Assembly (NCBI GenBank): GCA_051003875.1
Contig: JBPCKX010000083.1
Span: 1-50,098 of the forward strand
Direction of reading: 5' to 3'
Length of the DNA stretch: 50,098 nucleotides
Source of the DNA: Thermoleophilaceae bacterium
GTDB lineage: Bacteria > Actinomycetota > Thermoleophilia > Solirubrobacterales > Thermoleophilaceae
This document shows positions 27,105 to 35,619 of the stretch, piece after piece (positions within the stretch are counted from its first letter, which is position 1; the number at the start of each line of letters is the position of its first letter). The notes beneath the pieces were generated by a model, which was not told where the DNA came from, ran no database searches, and saw only the letters and a program-made list of their open reading frames with translations. A program made the translations under genes and the position numbers.

Positions 27105-28881
27105 GCAGCGCCACGCCGACAACGGAGAGGGGAGTGAGTTGACGGAGGGACGACAGGCGTCCGTGGTGGAGATGGCCCCGATGCGCACCGCGAAGGAGAG
27201 CTACGACGTGGCGATCCTCGGCGGCGGGCTCGCCGGGCTGACGCTGTCCATCCAGCTCAAGAAGGAGCGGCCCGAGACGAGCCTTGCGGTGCTCGAGAAG
27301 CGCGAGGGACCCGCCCCGCTGGCGGCCTTCAAGGTGGGTGAGTCGACGGTGCTTTCGGGCGCGCACTACTTCGCGGAGGTCGTCGGGATGCGCAATCACC
27401 TCGACGAGAAGCACCTGCGCAAGAACGGCCTGCGCTTCTTCCCTCCCGCCGGCGACAACAGCGACATCACCAAGCGCGTCGAGTCCGGTCCGCCGATCTT
27501 CTCGCCAGTGGCCACCTGGCAGCTCGACCGGGGCCTGTACGAGAACGAGCTGGCGGCGCGGGCGCGCGCGGCGGGAGTCGAGTTGCTCCAGGGCGCGCGG
27601 GTAGCGGGCGTCGAGCTCGGAGACGAGCTCCACACCGTGAACTTCACGCACTTCGACGAGGAGCGGGCCACCAGGGCGCGCTGGGTGGTCGACGCGGCCG
27701 GGCGCGCCAGTCTGCTCAAGCGCCAGCTCGGACTGAGCGAAGGGGTGGAGCACACGATCAACTCCGCCTGGTTCCGGCTGGCGGGCGGCCTCGACATCGA
27801 GGAGTGGGGCGCGTCCAACCCGGACTGGATGGGCCGCATGGCCGAGCCGGGGCTGCGCACCTTCAGCACGAACCACCTGCTCGGCGAGGGCTACTGGGTC
27901 TGGATGATCCCGCTCTCCACCGGCCCGATCAGCATCGGCGTGTGCGCGGACCCGCGCTACCACCCGTTCGAGGAGATCGAGACGCTCGAGGGGATGGTGG
28001 ACTGGCTCCATCGCCACGAGCCGCAGCTGGCCGCGGCGGTGGAGCCGCGGCTCGGCCAGGTGGAGGACTTCCTGCGCGTGAAGGACTTCGCGTACGGCGT
28101 GAAGCGGATGCTGTCGCCGGAGCGCTGGTCCCTGGTCGGCGAGGCGGCGGCCTTTGCCGACCCCTACATCTCGCCCGGGTCGGACATGATCGCCTACTCG
28201 AACACGTTCTCCTGCGACGTGATCACGCGCTCGCTCGACGGGGAGGACGTGAGCGACCGGATCGAGTACTGGGACCGCCTCTACCACCGGACCTTCGAGC
28301 ACGTGCTCTCGCGCACCGAGAACGTCTACCCCGTGTTCGGCAACCCCTGGGTGATGGCGGTCAAGTTCTCGTGGGATGCCTGGATCTCCCACTGTGCCCA
28401 GGTCCTGCTGTTCGTGAAAGGCAAGCTCACGGACATCGATTTCGTGAGGAGCGTCGAGGAGGAGGTCGGCCGGATCTACAGGCTCAACATCCAGATGCAC
28501 GAGCTCTTCCGCGACTGGCATGAGCTCGAGCCGCGGGACTACGAGAACGAATTCGTGAAGACCGCCCTGGTCACCCCGATCCGCGAGAACCTCGCCATGC
28601 CAAACGAGGACTACGACGATGACGGGCTGCGAGACAAGCTCCGCTGGCAGGTACGGATGAGCGAGGCGATGTCCGTCGCGGTCTTCCACAAGGCGGCGGC
28701 CGCTCTTCCCGAGCCCCCGGACCCCGCCCGCGCGGTGAACCCCTACGCGCTCGGCCTGAAGCCGGACCAGTGGGAGACGTCCGGGCTCCACGACGAGCCC
28801 GGCATGACCCTGGAGCAGGCACGGCAGGCCGCCGAGGGCGTGGACTGGCTGTGGCTCGACTACGTGCCCCCCGAGGCTTAG
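27079..28881 (+). CDS. flavin-dependent halogenase (tryptophan-halogenase family) with a roughly 170-aa C-terminal extension
   Basis: GxGxxG (DVAILGGGLAGL), the Lys motif FKVGES and the WxWxIP motif (GYWVWMIPL). The start is uncertain: ATG 27079 overlaps the upstream gene by 26 nt. TTG 27139 (preceded by ggagagggga) and ATG 27172 are alternatives. Confidence 0.8.
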   Translation: MMSGEHPSRQRHADNGEGSELTEGRQASVVEMAPMRTAKESYDVAILGGGLAGLTLSIQLKKERPETSLAVLEKREGPAPLAAFKVGESTVLSGAHYFAEVVGMRNHLDEKHLRKNGLRFFPPAGDNSDITKRVESGPPIFSPVATWQLDRGLYENELAARARAAGVELLQGARVAGVELGDELHTVNFTHFDEERATRARWVVDAAGRASLLKRQLGLSEGVEHTINSAWFRLAGGLDIEEWGASNPDWMGRMAEPGLRTFSTNHLLGEGYWVWMIPLSTGPISIGVCADPRYHPFEEIETLEGMVDWLHRHEPQLAAAVEPRLGQVEDFLRVKDFAYGVKRMLSPERWSLVGEAAAFADPYISPGSDMIAYSNTFSCDVITRSLDGEDVSDRIEYWDRLYHRTFEHVLSRTENVYPVFGNPWVMAVKFSWDAWISHCAQVLLFVKGKLTDIDFVRSVEEEVGRIYRLNIQMHELFRDWHELEPRDYENEFVKTALVTPIRENLAMPNEDYDDDGLRDKLRWQVRMSEAMSVAVFHKAAAALPEPPDPARAVNPYALGLKPDQWETSGLHDEPGMTLEQARQAAEGVDWLWLDYVPPEA

Positions 28882-28883
28882 GG

Positions 28884-29957
28884 ATGGGCGCCAAGATCGT
28901 CTCGACGGGGGGTTACGTGCCGGGTGAGGCGATCACCAACGCCATGCTCGAGGAGATGGTCGGAGCACTCCCCGATGGCCTGCTCGAGGGCATGCACATG
29001 GAACGCCGTCACTGGATCGTCGACCGCGAGACCGGGGAGCACACCGACTCGACGTCCGGCATGGCGGCCAAGGCAGCCCTCCAGGCACTCGAGCGCGCTG
29101 CAGTCGAGCCGGCGGACATCGACCTGCTGATCGTCGCCACCGCGACGGGCGACTACATGCTGCCGCCGACGCCGGCCCTCGTGCAGGACGAGCTCGGGGG
29201 CCGCTGCGCGCTGCTCGAGATCCGCTCCGGGGGAGCCGGGGTCGTCCAGGGGCTCGACATCGCCCGCCTGTACCTGGAGCGCGGGATCTACCGGACGGCC
29301 GTCGTGGTGGGGGCCGACGCGATCTCGCCCACCCAGGCGCAGATCTTCGGAAGCGGGAGCAAGCGGATCAAGGTCCGCGACCGGCTGCTCGTCTACATGT
29401 TCGGCGACGGCGCCGGGGCGATCGTGCTGCAGGCCTCCGACGAGTCGTCGGTGATCGGCTCGGCGATCGCGGGTATCGGCGCGGGGCGGCCGCCGGGCAT
29501 GGAGGTGCGCGGTGGCGGCGGTACGCACCGTCCCTACCTGGAGCAGCTCGATGGCGGACGGCCCGTGGATCTCCACATCGACATCGAGCAGGCCAACAGC
29601 TACACGGCCACGCTCACGATCGAGGCCCTCGCCGACCTGCTCGCGACCACCGGCGTCAGCGCCGACTCGATCGATCTGCTCGTGACCCCCGAGGCCGACA
29701 CCGAATGGATGGCCGAGGCGTTCGCCGAGGCGGGCGACCAGGCGTCCGCGTGGCGGACGCTCGAGGGCAAGGTCTACAACGCCCTGCCCGAGATCGGTGC
29801 GCCGGGCTGCGCGGCGCTCCCGCTTGGGCTGGACCGGGCCTGGGTCGAGGGGCGGCTCGCCCCCGGCCGGCGGGTGATGCTCCTCGGAATGGAGACGACG
29901 AAGTGGATCTACGCGGGGATGATCTTCGACTGGGCGGCCCCCTCGCCGAAGGGCTGA
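28884..29957 (+). CDS. KAS III (FabH)-like thiolase-fold protein lacking the canonical Cys-His-Asn triad
   Basis: 357 aa from ATG 28884, 2 nt after the halogenase stop. The N-terminus KIVSTGGYVPGEAITNAMLEEMV and FGDGAGAIVL match FabH. Active-site positions read EIRSGGAGV (Cys->Gly), VTPEAD (His->Pro) and GAPGCAA (Asn->Ala) in my manual alignment to E. coli FabH. Confidence 0.75.
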   Translation: MGAKIVSTGGYVPGEAITNAMLEEMVGALPDGLLEGMHMERRHWIVDRETGEHTDSTSGMAAKAALQALERAAVEPADIDLLIVATATGDYMLPPTPALVQDELGGRCALLEIRSGGAGVVQGLDIARLYLERGIYRTAVVVGADAISPTQAQIFGSGSKRIKVRDRLLVYMFGDGAGAIVLQASDESSVIGSAIAGIGAGRPPGMEVRGGGGTHRPYLEQLDGGRPVDLHIDIEQANSYTATLTIEALADLLATTGVSADSIDLLVTPEADTEWMAEAFAEAGDQASAWRTLEGKVYNALPEIGAPGCAALPLGLDRAWVEGRLAPGRRVMLLGMETTKWIYAGMIFDWAAPSPKG

Positions 29958-29958
29958 G

Positions 29959-30859
29959 TCAGGGCTCGAAGGTCACGACCGTCTGAAACTGGCGCAGGGC
30001 GATCCGCTTCGGCAGTGAGCGCAGCAGCAGGTTGCGGAGGCGGCAGGCGGCCGGGTGCTCCCAGCGATCCATTCCCTCTGTCTTCGAGAGGTGTCGACCA
30101 CCCGCGACGTGCGGCCGATCCTCCGTCCGGCGCTCGTACTCGCGCAGTGCCTCCGTCGCCTCGGCCGAGTCGCCAGCGCAGCGGCCCAGGACGACCCCGT
30201 CCTCGATGGCCAGCCCCGCTCCCCGGGCGATCGACTCCTCCGGCGTGGGCGTGGCCTCTATGAGGCGCGGCACGGCGTTATGCCAGTCGCCGTAGACCTC
30301 CGTCAGGGCGTGCTTGCTCTGCCCGGGCTCGTCTACGCCGCCAGGCTCCGCGTTGCGCCGCCCGTACCAGGCGACCATCCCGTCTCTCAGCGGTACCCAG
30401 CCGAACACGGTGCCGCGCCCGTAGGACTGCACTTGTACACCGGCCTCGATTCCCTCGCACGGTGCGATACCGCGCCACTCCGTGAAGCCCGCGTAGCGAA
30501 GGGGCGCGGGGTCGTAGAGCCGCCGCACGGTCGAGCGCACTCCGTCGGCCGCCACCAGAACGCTCCCGCGCTGCTCGCCGCCGCCCGGCCAGCCCGGCCA
30601 CGACCTCCTCCCCATCCGCTTCCAGCTTCACGCATTCGGCGCCCAGCCGGATGTCCGCTCCATCGACGCGATCGGCCAGCAGGCGCAACAGGGCCGGACG
30701 GCCCATGCCGATGATCGGCTCGCCGACGCGCTTCGCCACGACGCCGGTCGGCCAGTCGGCGAGCAGCCTTCCGTCGGCCGTACGGTGCTGGAGATGCTCG
30801 AGAATCGCCCCGCTCCGCCGGGCCTCGTCGGCCACCCCGAGCATCCGGAGCACAGCCAT
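29959..30859 (-). pseudogene. FAD-dependent aromatic-ring monooxygenase remnant (frameshifted, motif deletions)
   Basis: ORF 30278..30859 (..LRLLADRVDGADIRLGAECVKLEADGEEVVAG) and ORF 29959..30615 (GGGEQRGSVLVAADGVRSTVRR...GAGLAIEDGVVLGRC) are two frames of one PF01494-like gene. The shift lies at the 9-bp repeat ggccgggct/ggccgggcg near 30585-30600. There is no GxGxxG N-terminus, and the GDAAH segment is absent (EATPTPEESIARGAGLAIEDG). Confidence 0.65.
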
Positions 30860-31119
30860 GATCGGACACGTGGGCTGGCCTGCACGGCTCTATCGGGGCG
30901 ACGAGGGCTGCCCATTCGCAGACCCGCACGTACGGGTTCAGTCGAATCGAGGCTCGTCGCAGGTGCCGCCCGTCAACTGGTGCGCGACGCGTAGTGCGCG
31001 TTGAGCCGCGCGCGACGCGTTGAGTGTGCTCGTAGGGCAGCAGAAGGCGTCGTGCAGCGGCGCGACCGGCGCGACGTGCCAGGCGGCTCCCGCGCGACGC
31101 TGGCGCCGCCCCCGATACC

Positions 31120-32154
31120 GTGAGGGACGTGCGCTCCCGCCCGCTCGCCATGGTCTCGCTGCTCGCCACGGTCTCGCTGCTCGTGACGCTCGCGCTCGCC
31201 GCCTGTGGCGGCGACGGCGATTCGGACACACAGCAGGACAATGGCGGCGGGAACGGCTCCGAGGGCGTCACCTTCGGCGCCGCGATCCGCTCCGCGCGCG
31301 CGGTCGACGCGGGCGACTTCCCGCAGCCCGCGGGGCACACTCTGCAGCAGATCGCGGGAACCCTCCCCGCGGTCAACATGGGTCTCGCCACCTCGGTCTT
31401 CGAGCCCGGCCCGAACCGGCTCGCGTTCGGCGTCATCGACGAGGACCAGACCTTCGTCTACGGCAAGACCGTCGTCTACCTCGCGCGACGGCCCGACGGA
31501 AAGGCGATCGGCCCGTTCGAGGCGCCGGCCGACCCGCTGCTCGTCGAGCCCCCGTTTCGCAGCCGGCAGGCGGCCGAAGTCGAATCGGAGATCGCCGCCA
31601 TCTACGAGGCGCAAGTCGACCTGCCCCGGCCGGGACCGTGGTACGTGCTGGCGATGAGCAAGGCTCAGGGAAAGGTCTTCGGCGCCGCGAGCCGGATCGA
31701 CGTCTCGCGCTCGAGCCCGATTCCCGCGAAGGGCGAGCCGGCGCCCCCGGTGAAGACGGACACGCTCGCCTCGGCGGGCGGGGACATCGACGCGATCGAG
31801 ACGCGCGTCCCGCCCGACGAGATGCACGAGAAGAGCTTCGACGACGTGGTCGGCAAGCGGCCGGTCGCGCTGCTGTTCGCCACCCCGCAGCTCTGCCAGA
31901 CACGGGTCTGTGGCCCCGTGACCGACATCGCCGCCCAGATGCAGCGCGAGTACGGCGATCGGATGGAGTTCATCCACCAGGAGGTGTTCGTCGACAACGA
32001 GCTCGACAAGGGCTACCGGCGCCCGCTGCGCCGCTTCGGGCTCGAGACCGAGCCGTGGCTGTTCACGGTCGACGGCCGCGGTCGCGTCGCGGCTCGGCTC
32101 GAGGGCTCGTTCGGCAACGACGCGTTCAGGGACGCGATCGAGGCGGCGCTCTGA
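31120..32154 (+). CDS. lipoprotein with a C-terminal thioredoxin/redoxin-like domain
   Basis: 344 aa with lipobox LALAAC|GG. The C-terminal part reads KRPVALLFATPQLCQTRVCGPV...PWLFTVDGRGRV, a redoxin-like pattern with a C-x5-C pair. GTG start at 31120; ATG 31150 is an alternative. Confidence 0.55.
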   Translation: MRDVRSRPLAMVSLLATVSLLVTLALAACGGDGDSDTQQDNGGGNGSEGVTFGAAIRSARAVDAGDFPQPAGHTLQQIAGTLPAVNMGLATSVFEPGPNRLAFGVIDEDQTFVYGKTVVYLARRPDGKAIGPFEAPADPLLVEPPFRSRQAAEVESEIAAIYEAQVDLPRPGPWYVLAMSKAQGKVFGAASRIDVSRSSPIPAKGEPAPPVKTDTLASAGGDIDAIETRVPPDEMHEKSFDDVVGKRPVALLFATPQLCQTRVCGPVTDIAAQMQREYGDRMEFIHQEVFVDNELDKGYRRPLRRFGLETEPWLFTVDGRGRVAARLEGSFGNDAFRDAIEAAL

Positions 32155-32185
32155 GCGCGGCCGGCCAGGCCGCGGATCGCGCTCA
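32152..32185. terminator. bidirectional hairpin between convergent genes
   Basis: cgcggcc (32156-32162) / ggccgcg (32168-32174) form a 7-bp stem with a 5-nt loop. It is nested in the outer tgagcgc/gcgctca pairing that includes both stop codons. Confidence 0.4.
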
Positions 32186-32725
32186 GCAGGGACCGGCGGC
32201 GCGCCCGCGCGCCGTGAGCGAAACCTCGCCGTCCTTCGCCGTCGCGAGCGGCGGAACGTCCGCGACCGTATCGGCGAGCGGCGTCACGGAGATCGCGAGG
32301 TCGTCGACCCCGCCGCGCTTGAAGATCCGATCGGCGTCCGCGTAGAACCGCTGCACCGCCTTCGTGCGCTCCGCGGGCTTCTGCCCGCAGAGGAAGCGCT
32401 TCTTGCCGACCGCGACGCGCAGCGTCGAGCTGCCGTCGGTGATGTACTGCTCGGCGAACAGGGGCGGCTTGCGAATCGGGAGCCCGCCGACCAGCTCCTC
32501 GAACGGGGTCTCCTCGAAGGCGCGGTCGAATTCGCGGTCCTCCTTCGCGTCGGCCTTCGCGTCGGCCTTCGCGTCGGCCTTGGCCTCAGCCTGCGCCGCG
32601 CCCTTCTCCTCGCCACCGCCGGACTTCTTCGCCGGCTCGTCGTCGGAGCTGCAACCGAGGGCGGCGACGATCGTCGCTGCGAGCGCCAGGACGAGGAGCG
32701 CCGGGATGACCCGAAGGCAAGACAC
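32183..32725 (-). CDS. hypothetical lipoprotein with a (KADA)n repeat
   Basis: 180 aa with lipobox AALGC|SS and the low-complexity stretch AEAKADAKADAKADAKED. No domain recognised. Confidence 0.6.
   Translation of the reverse strand: MSCLRVIPALLVLALAATIVAALGCSSDDEPAKKSGGGEEKGAAQAEAKADAKADAKADAKEDREFDRAFEETPFEELVGGLPIRKPPLFAEQYITDGSSTLRVAVGKKRFLCGQKPAERTKAVQRFYADADRIFKRGGVDDLAISVTPLADTVADVPPLATAKDGEVSLTARGRAAGPC
32543..32578. repeat. 3 perfect 12-bp tandem units inside a CDS (encode KADA repeats)
   Basis: cttcgcgtcggc occurs three times at 32543-32578, followed by a degenerate fourth unit. Confidence 0.85.
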
Positions 32726-32777
32726 GAGGTCGATGATGGTACGCGAGAGGCGCGACTGGCGCCGGGCGGGCTCACCC

Positions 32778-32792
32778 TAGAATCGCGGCATG
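32778..32792 (+). promoter_or_regulatory. -10 box TAGAAT placed for a leaderless LysM transcript
   Basis: TAGAAT at 32778-32783 fits the actinobacterial TAnnnT -10. It sits 6 nt before ATG 32790, and no Shine-Dalgarno sequence is visible. Confidence 0.35.
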
Positions 32793-33272
32793 GGGATGTC
32801 CTACCGGCTCATGTTCGGCTACACGGTGCTCGCCATCGTGGCGATCGCGTTCCTGTCGCTGGCCATCGCCGCGATCAAGCTCCTGTCGCAGGACACCCCG
32901 TCGTCCGAGCCCACTCCCACGACCGACCGCGCCTCCTACGTCATCAAGAAGGGCGACGCGCTGTCGGGCATCTCCGCCAAGACCGGCCTGACGGTCGAGC
33001 GCCTGGAGGAGCTGAACCCGTCGCTCGACCCGCTCGGCCTCGTGCCCGGGACGCGCATCAAGCTGAAGCCGACCAGGCCGCCGAAACCGGGCGAGAAGGA
33101 GAAGGGCGAGCCGAAGAAGCGGGTCTACACCGTGAAACCGGGCGACGGGCTGCTGACGATCCAGGACAGGACGGGCGTCCCCGTCGACCGCATCCGGCGG
33201 CTGAACCCGGGGATCGGCCGCGATCCGCTCCAGCCCGGTCAGCGCGTCAAGCTCCGCCGCGGCCCGCCGTGA
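32790..33272 (+). CDS. membrane-anchored protein with two LysM peptidoglycan-binding domains
   Basis: 160 aa with an N-terminal TM helix. LysM 1: YVIKKGDALSGISAKTGLTVERLEELNP...GTRIKL. LysM 2: YTVKPGDGLLTIQDRTGVPVDRIRRLNP...GQRVKL. Confidence 0.85.
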   Translation: MGMSYRLMFGYTVLAIVAIAFLSLAIAAIKLLSQDTPSSEPTPTTDRASYVIKKGDALSGISAKTGLTVERLEELNPSLDPLGLVPGTRIKLKPTRPPKPGEKEKGEPKKRVYTVKPGDGLLTIQDRTGVPVDRIRRLNPGIGRDPLQPGQRVKLRRGPP

Positions 33273-33291
33273 AGCTACGCCGGCACATGCC

Positions 33292-33771
33292 GTGAAGCTC
33301 CGCACGCTCACCCGCGAGCAGGTGCTCGATCGCCCCCCGGCCGAGGTATTTCCCTTCTTCGCCGACGCCCGCAACCTCGAGGCGATCACACCGCCGCTGC
33401 TGGGCTTCCGGGTCGTCGGCACGGGACCGGAGGAGATGGGCGTCGGGACGCTGATCCAGTACCGGCTGCGCATCCACGGGCTGGCGCTCGACTGGCTCAC
33501 GCGGATCGAGCAGTGGCGACCCGGCGAGGCGTTCGTCGACACCCAACTCGCGGGGCCCTACCGCCTCTGGCACCACACCCACAGCTTCGAGCCGCGCGCC
33601 GGCGGCGCCACACTGATGCGCGACGTGGTGCGCTACGCGCTGCCGCTGTGGCCGTTCGGGGAGCTCGCGGCGCCGCTCGTGCGGCGGGACCTGACAGCGA
33701 TATTCGACTTCCGTCGCGCCGCGGTCGCGCGCGCTCTGAGCCCCGGCCACGACGACGGGAGCCCAGCGTAG
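33292..33771 (+). CDS. SRPBCC-family (START/cyclase-dehydrase-like) protein
   Basis: 159 aa: PPAEVFPFFADARNLEAITPP...IEQWRPGEAFVDTQLAGPYRLWHHTHSFE is a typical SRPBCC pattern. GTG start. Confidence 0.75.
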   Translation: MKLRTLTREQVLDRPPAEVFPFFADARNLEAITPPLLGFRVVGTGPEEMGVGTLIQYRLRIHGLALDWLTRIEQWRPGEAFVDTQLAGPYRLWHHTHSFEPRAGGATLMRDVVRYALPLWPFGELAAPLVRRDLTAIFDFRRAAVARALSPGHDDGSPA

Positions 33772-33786
33772 AGCCAGATCCCGAAA

Positions 33787-33810
33787 TGAAATTGTTTCAC
33801 TGAGTAAAGT
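33787..33810 (+). promoter_or_regulatory. A/T-rich patch with a palindrome and a -10-like box ahead of the ABC exporter pair
   Basis: TGAAATTGTTTCA (33787-33799; TGAAA-N3-TTTCA) and TAAAGT (33805-33810) lie 9 nt before GTG 33820. This is the only A/T-rich stretch in the neighbourhood. Confidence 0.3.
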
Positions 33811-33819
33811 ATTGAGTCG

Positions 33820-35619
33820 GTGAACGACTCTCCGGACAGCCCGCCCGCCGGAGGCCTGCGGGTCTTCGCGCGCCTGCTCGGCTTCCTCGCCCCCTACCGG
33901 CGCGGGGTGATCGCGTCGCTGACGCTCGCTGCGGCCGCGATGGCGACCGGCATCCTGATCCCCTACCTCGTCGGCCGCACGGTCGACGACGTCCGTGACG
34001 GCGGCGCCGACCTGTGGCCGCTCGCCGCCGCGGTGGCGGCCGCCGGGCTGCTGCGACTCGCCTCCACCGTGCCGCGGAGGCTGGTCGCGGGCCGCGTCTC
34101 GCTCGGCGTCGAGCTCGACCTGCGCAACCGCATGTACCACCACATCCAGTCGCTCGAGCTGGGCTTCTTCGACGGCCAGCAGACCGGTCAGCTCATGTCG
34201 CGCGCGACGGTCGACCTCGGATCGATCCGCTTCTTCCTCGGCTACGGGCTCGTCTTCATGATGCAGTCGGTCCTCACGATCCTGATCGCCGCGGGCGTGA
34301 TGGTCGCCGTCAACCCCATCCTCGCGGCCGTTGCGCTCGCGCCGATGCCGCTCGCGATCTGGGTCGCGTTCCGCTACGGCCGCCGCAACCGGCCCGCCTC
34401 CCAGGAGGTCCAGCAGCGGATCGCCGAGCTGACCGCGGCCGCCGAGGAGAACGTCTCCGGCGTGCGGGTCGTGAAGGCGTTCGCGCAAGAGCAGCGCCAG
34501 CTCCGGCGCTTCAACCAGGCGGTGCGGCGCGTCTTCGACCAGTCGATGGTCTCGACCCGGCTGCGCGCCTTCTACACCCCGTTCATCGGCTTCCTGCCAC
34601 AGCTCGGGCTCGCGGCGATCATCGTCGTCGGCGGCCGCCAGGCGGCGGCGGGCACGATCACCGTCGGCGAGTTCGTCGCCTTCTACGGCTACGTCGTGAT
34701 GCTGACCTCACCGATGCGAACGCTCGGGATGGCGCTCGGGATGGCGCAGCGCGCGACGGCGTCCGGGGCGCGCGTCTTCGAGATCCTCGACCGCGAGCCG
34801 CGCCTGACCTCCCCCCCGGGCGCGCCGCCGCTGCCCGCAGGCGGGGGACGGGTCGAGCTGCGCGGGGTCACCTTCGGCTACGGCGACGCCGAGCCGGTGC
34901 TGCGCGACGTCGACCTCGAGGTCGAGGCCGGGCACACGGTCGCGCTCGTCGGCGGGACCGGATCCGGCAAGACCACCCTGACGAGCCTGATCTCGCGCCT
35001 CTACGACGTCGGCGAGGGAGCGGTGCTGGTCGACGGCGCCGACGTCCGCACGGTCGATGTCGCCTCGCTGCGGCGGGAGATCGCGCTCGTCTCCGACGAC
35101 GCGTTCCTGTTCTCGGCATCGCTGCGCGAGAACGTCGCCTACGGGCGCCCGGACGCGAGCGACGACGAGATCCGCGAGGCCGCGCGGCAGGCGGGCCTCG
35201 ACGACTTCGCCGCGGGCCTGCCCGCCGGCTACGACACGCAGGTCGGCGAGCGGGGGCTCTCGCTGTCGGGCGGCCAGCGCCAGCGGGTCGCGATCGCGCG
35301 TGCGCTGGTGGCCCGCCCGCGCATCCTGATCCTCGACGACGCCACCTCGAGCGTCGACGCGACGACCGAGAGCCAGATCAAGCAGGCGCTGAGCGAGGTG
35401 ATGCGCGGGCGCACGACCTTCGTCATCGCCCACCGTCTGTCGACGATCGCGCTCGCGGACGAGGTCGTGGTGCTCGAGCAAGGGCGGATCGTCGCGCGCG
35501 GGTCGCACGAGGAGCTGCTCGAGCAGAGCACGCTCTACGCGGAGATCGCGCGGCGCGGGCTGCCCGACCAGGTCTTCCTCACACGTAAGCCGTCTAAGCC
35601 CGAGGCGGCGCGGCTGTGA
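33820..35619 (+). CDS. ABC exporter, fused permease/ATPase subunit 1
   Basis: 599 aa with 6 TM helices and an NBD: Walker A GGTGSGKTT, signature LSGGQRQR, Walker B ILILDDATS. Confidence 0.9.
   Translation: MNDSPDSPPAGGLRVFARLLGFLAPYRRGVIASLTLAAAAMATGILIPYLVGRTVDDVRDGGADLWPLAAAVAAAGLLRLASTVPRRLVAGRVSLGVELDLRNRMYHHIQSLELGFFDGQQTGQLMSRATVDLGSIRFFLGYGLVFMMQSVLTILIAAGVMVAVNPILAAVALAPMPLAIWVAFRYGRRNRPASQEVQQRIAELTAAAEENVSGVRVVKAFAQEQRQLRRFNQAVRRVFDQSMVSTRLRAFYTPFIGFLPQLGLAAIIVVGGRQAAAGTITVGEFVAFYGYVVMLTSPMRTLGMALGMAQRATASGARVFEILDREPRLTSPPGAPPLPAGGGRVELRGVTFGYGDAEPVLRDVDLEVEAGHTVALVGGTGSGKTTLTSLISRLYDVGEGAVLVDGADVRTVDVASLRREIALVSDDAFLFSASLRENVAYGRPDASDDEIREAARQAGLDDFAAGLPAGYDTQVGERGLSLSGGQRQRVAIARALVARPRILILDDATSSVDATTESQIKQALSEVMRGRTTFVIAHRLSTIALADEVVVLEQGRIVARGSHEELLEQSTLYAEIARRGLPDQVFLTRKPSKPEAARL

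Noticed and set aside
30925-30960. Possible att-type direct repeat of the tRNA-Met 3' end (ggttcagtcgaatcgagg vs ggttcgattccacccggag) that would bound an island from 26018 to about 30950.
   Set aside because: The match is short, gapped and largely limited to GGTTC/GAATC. No integrase is present, and this is insufficient evidence for an att site.
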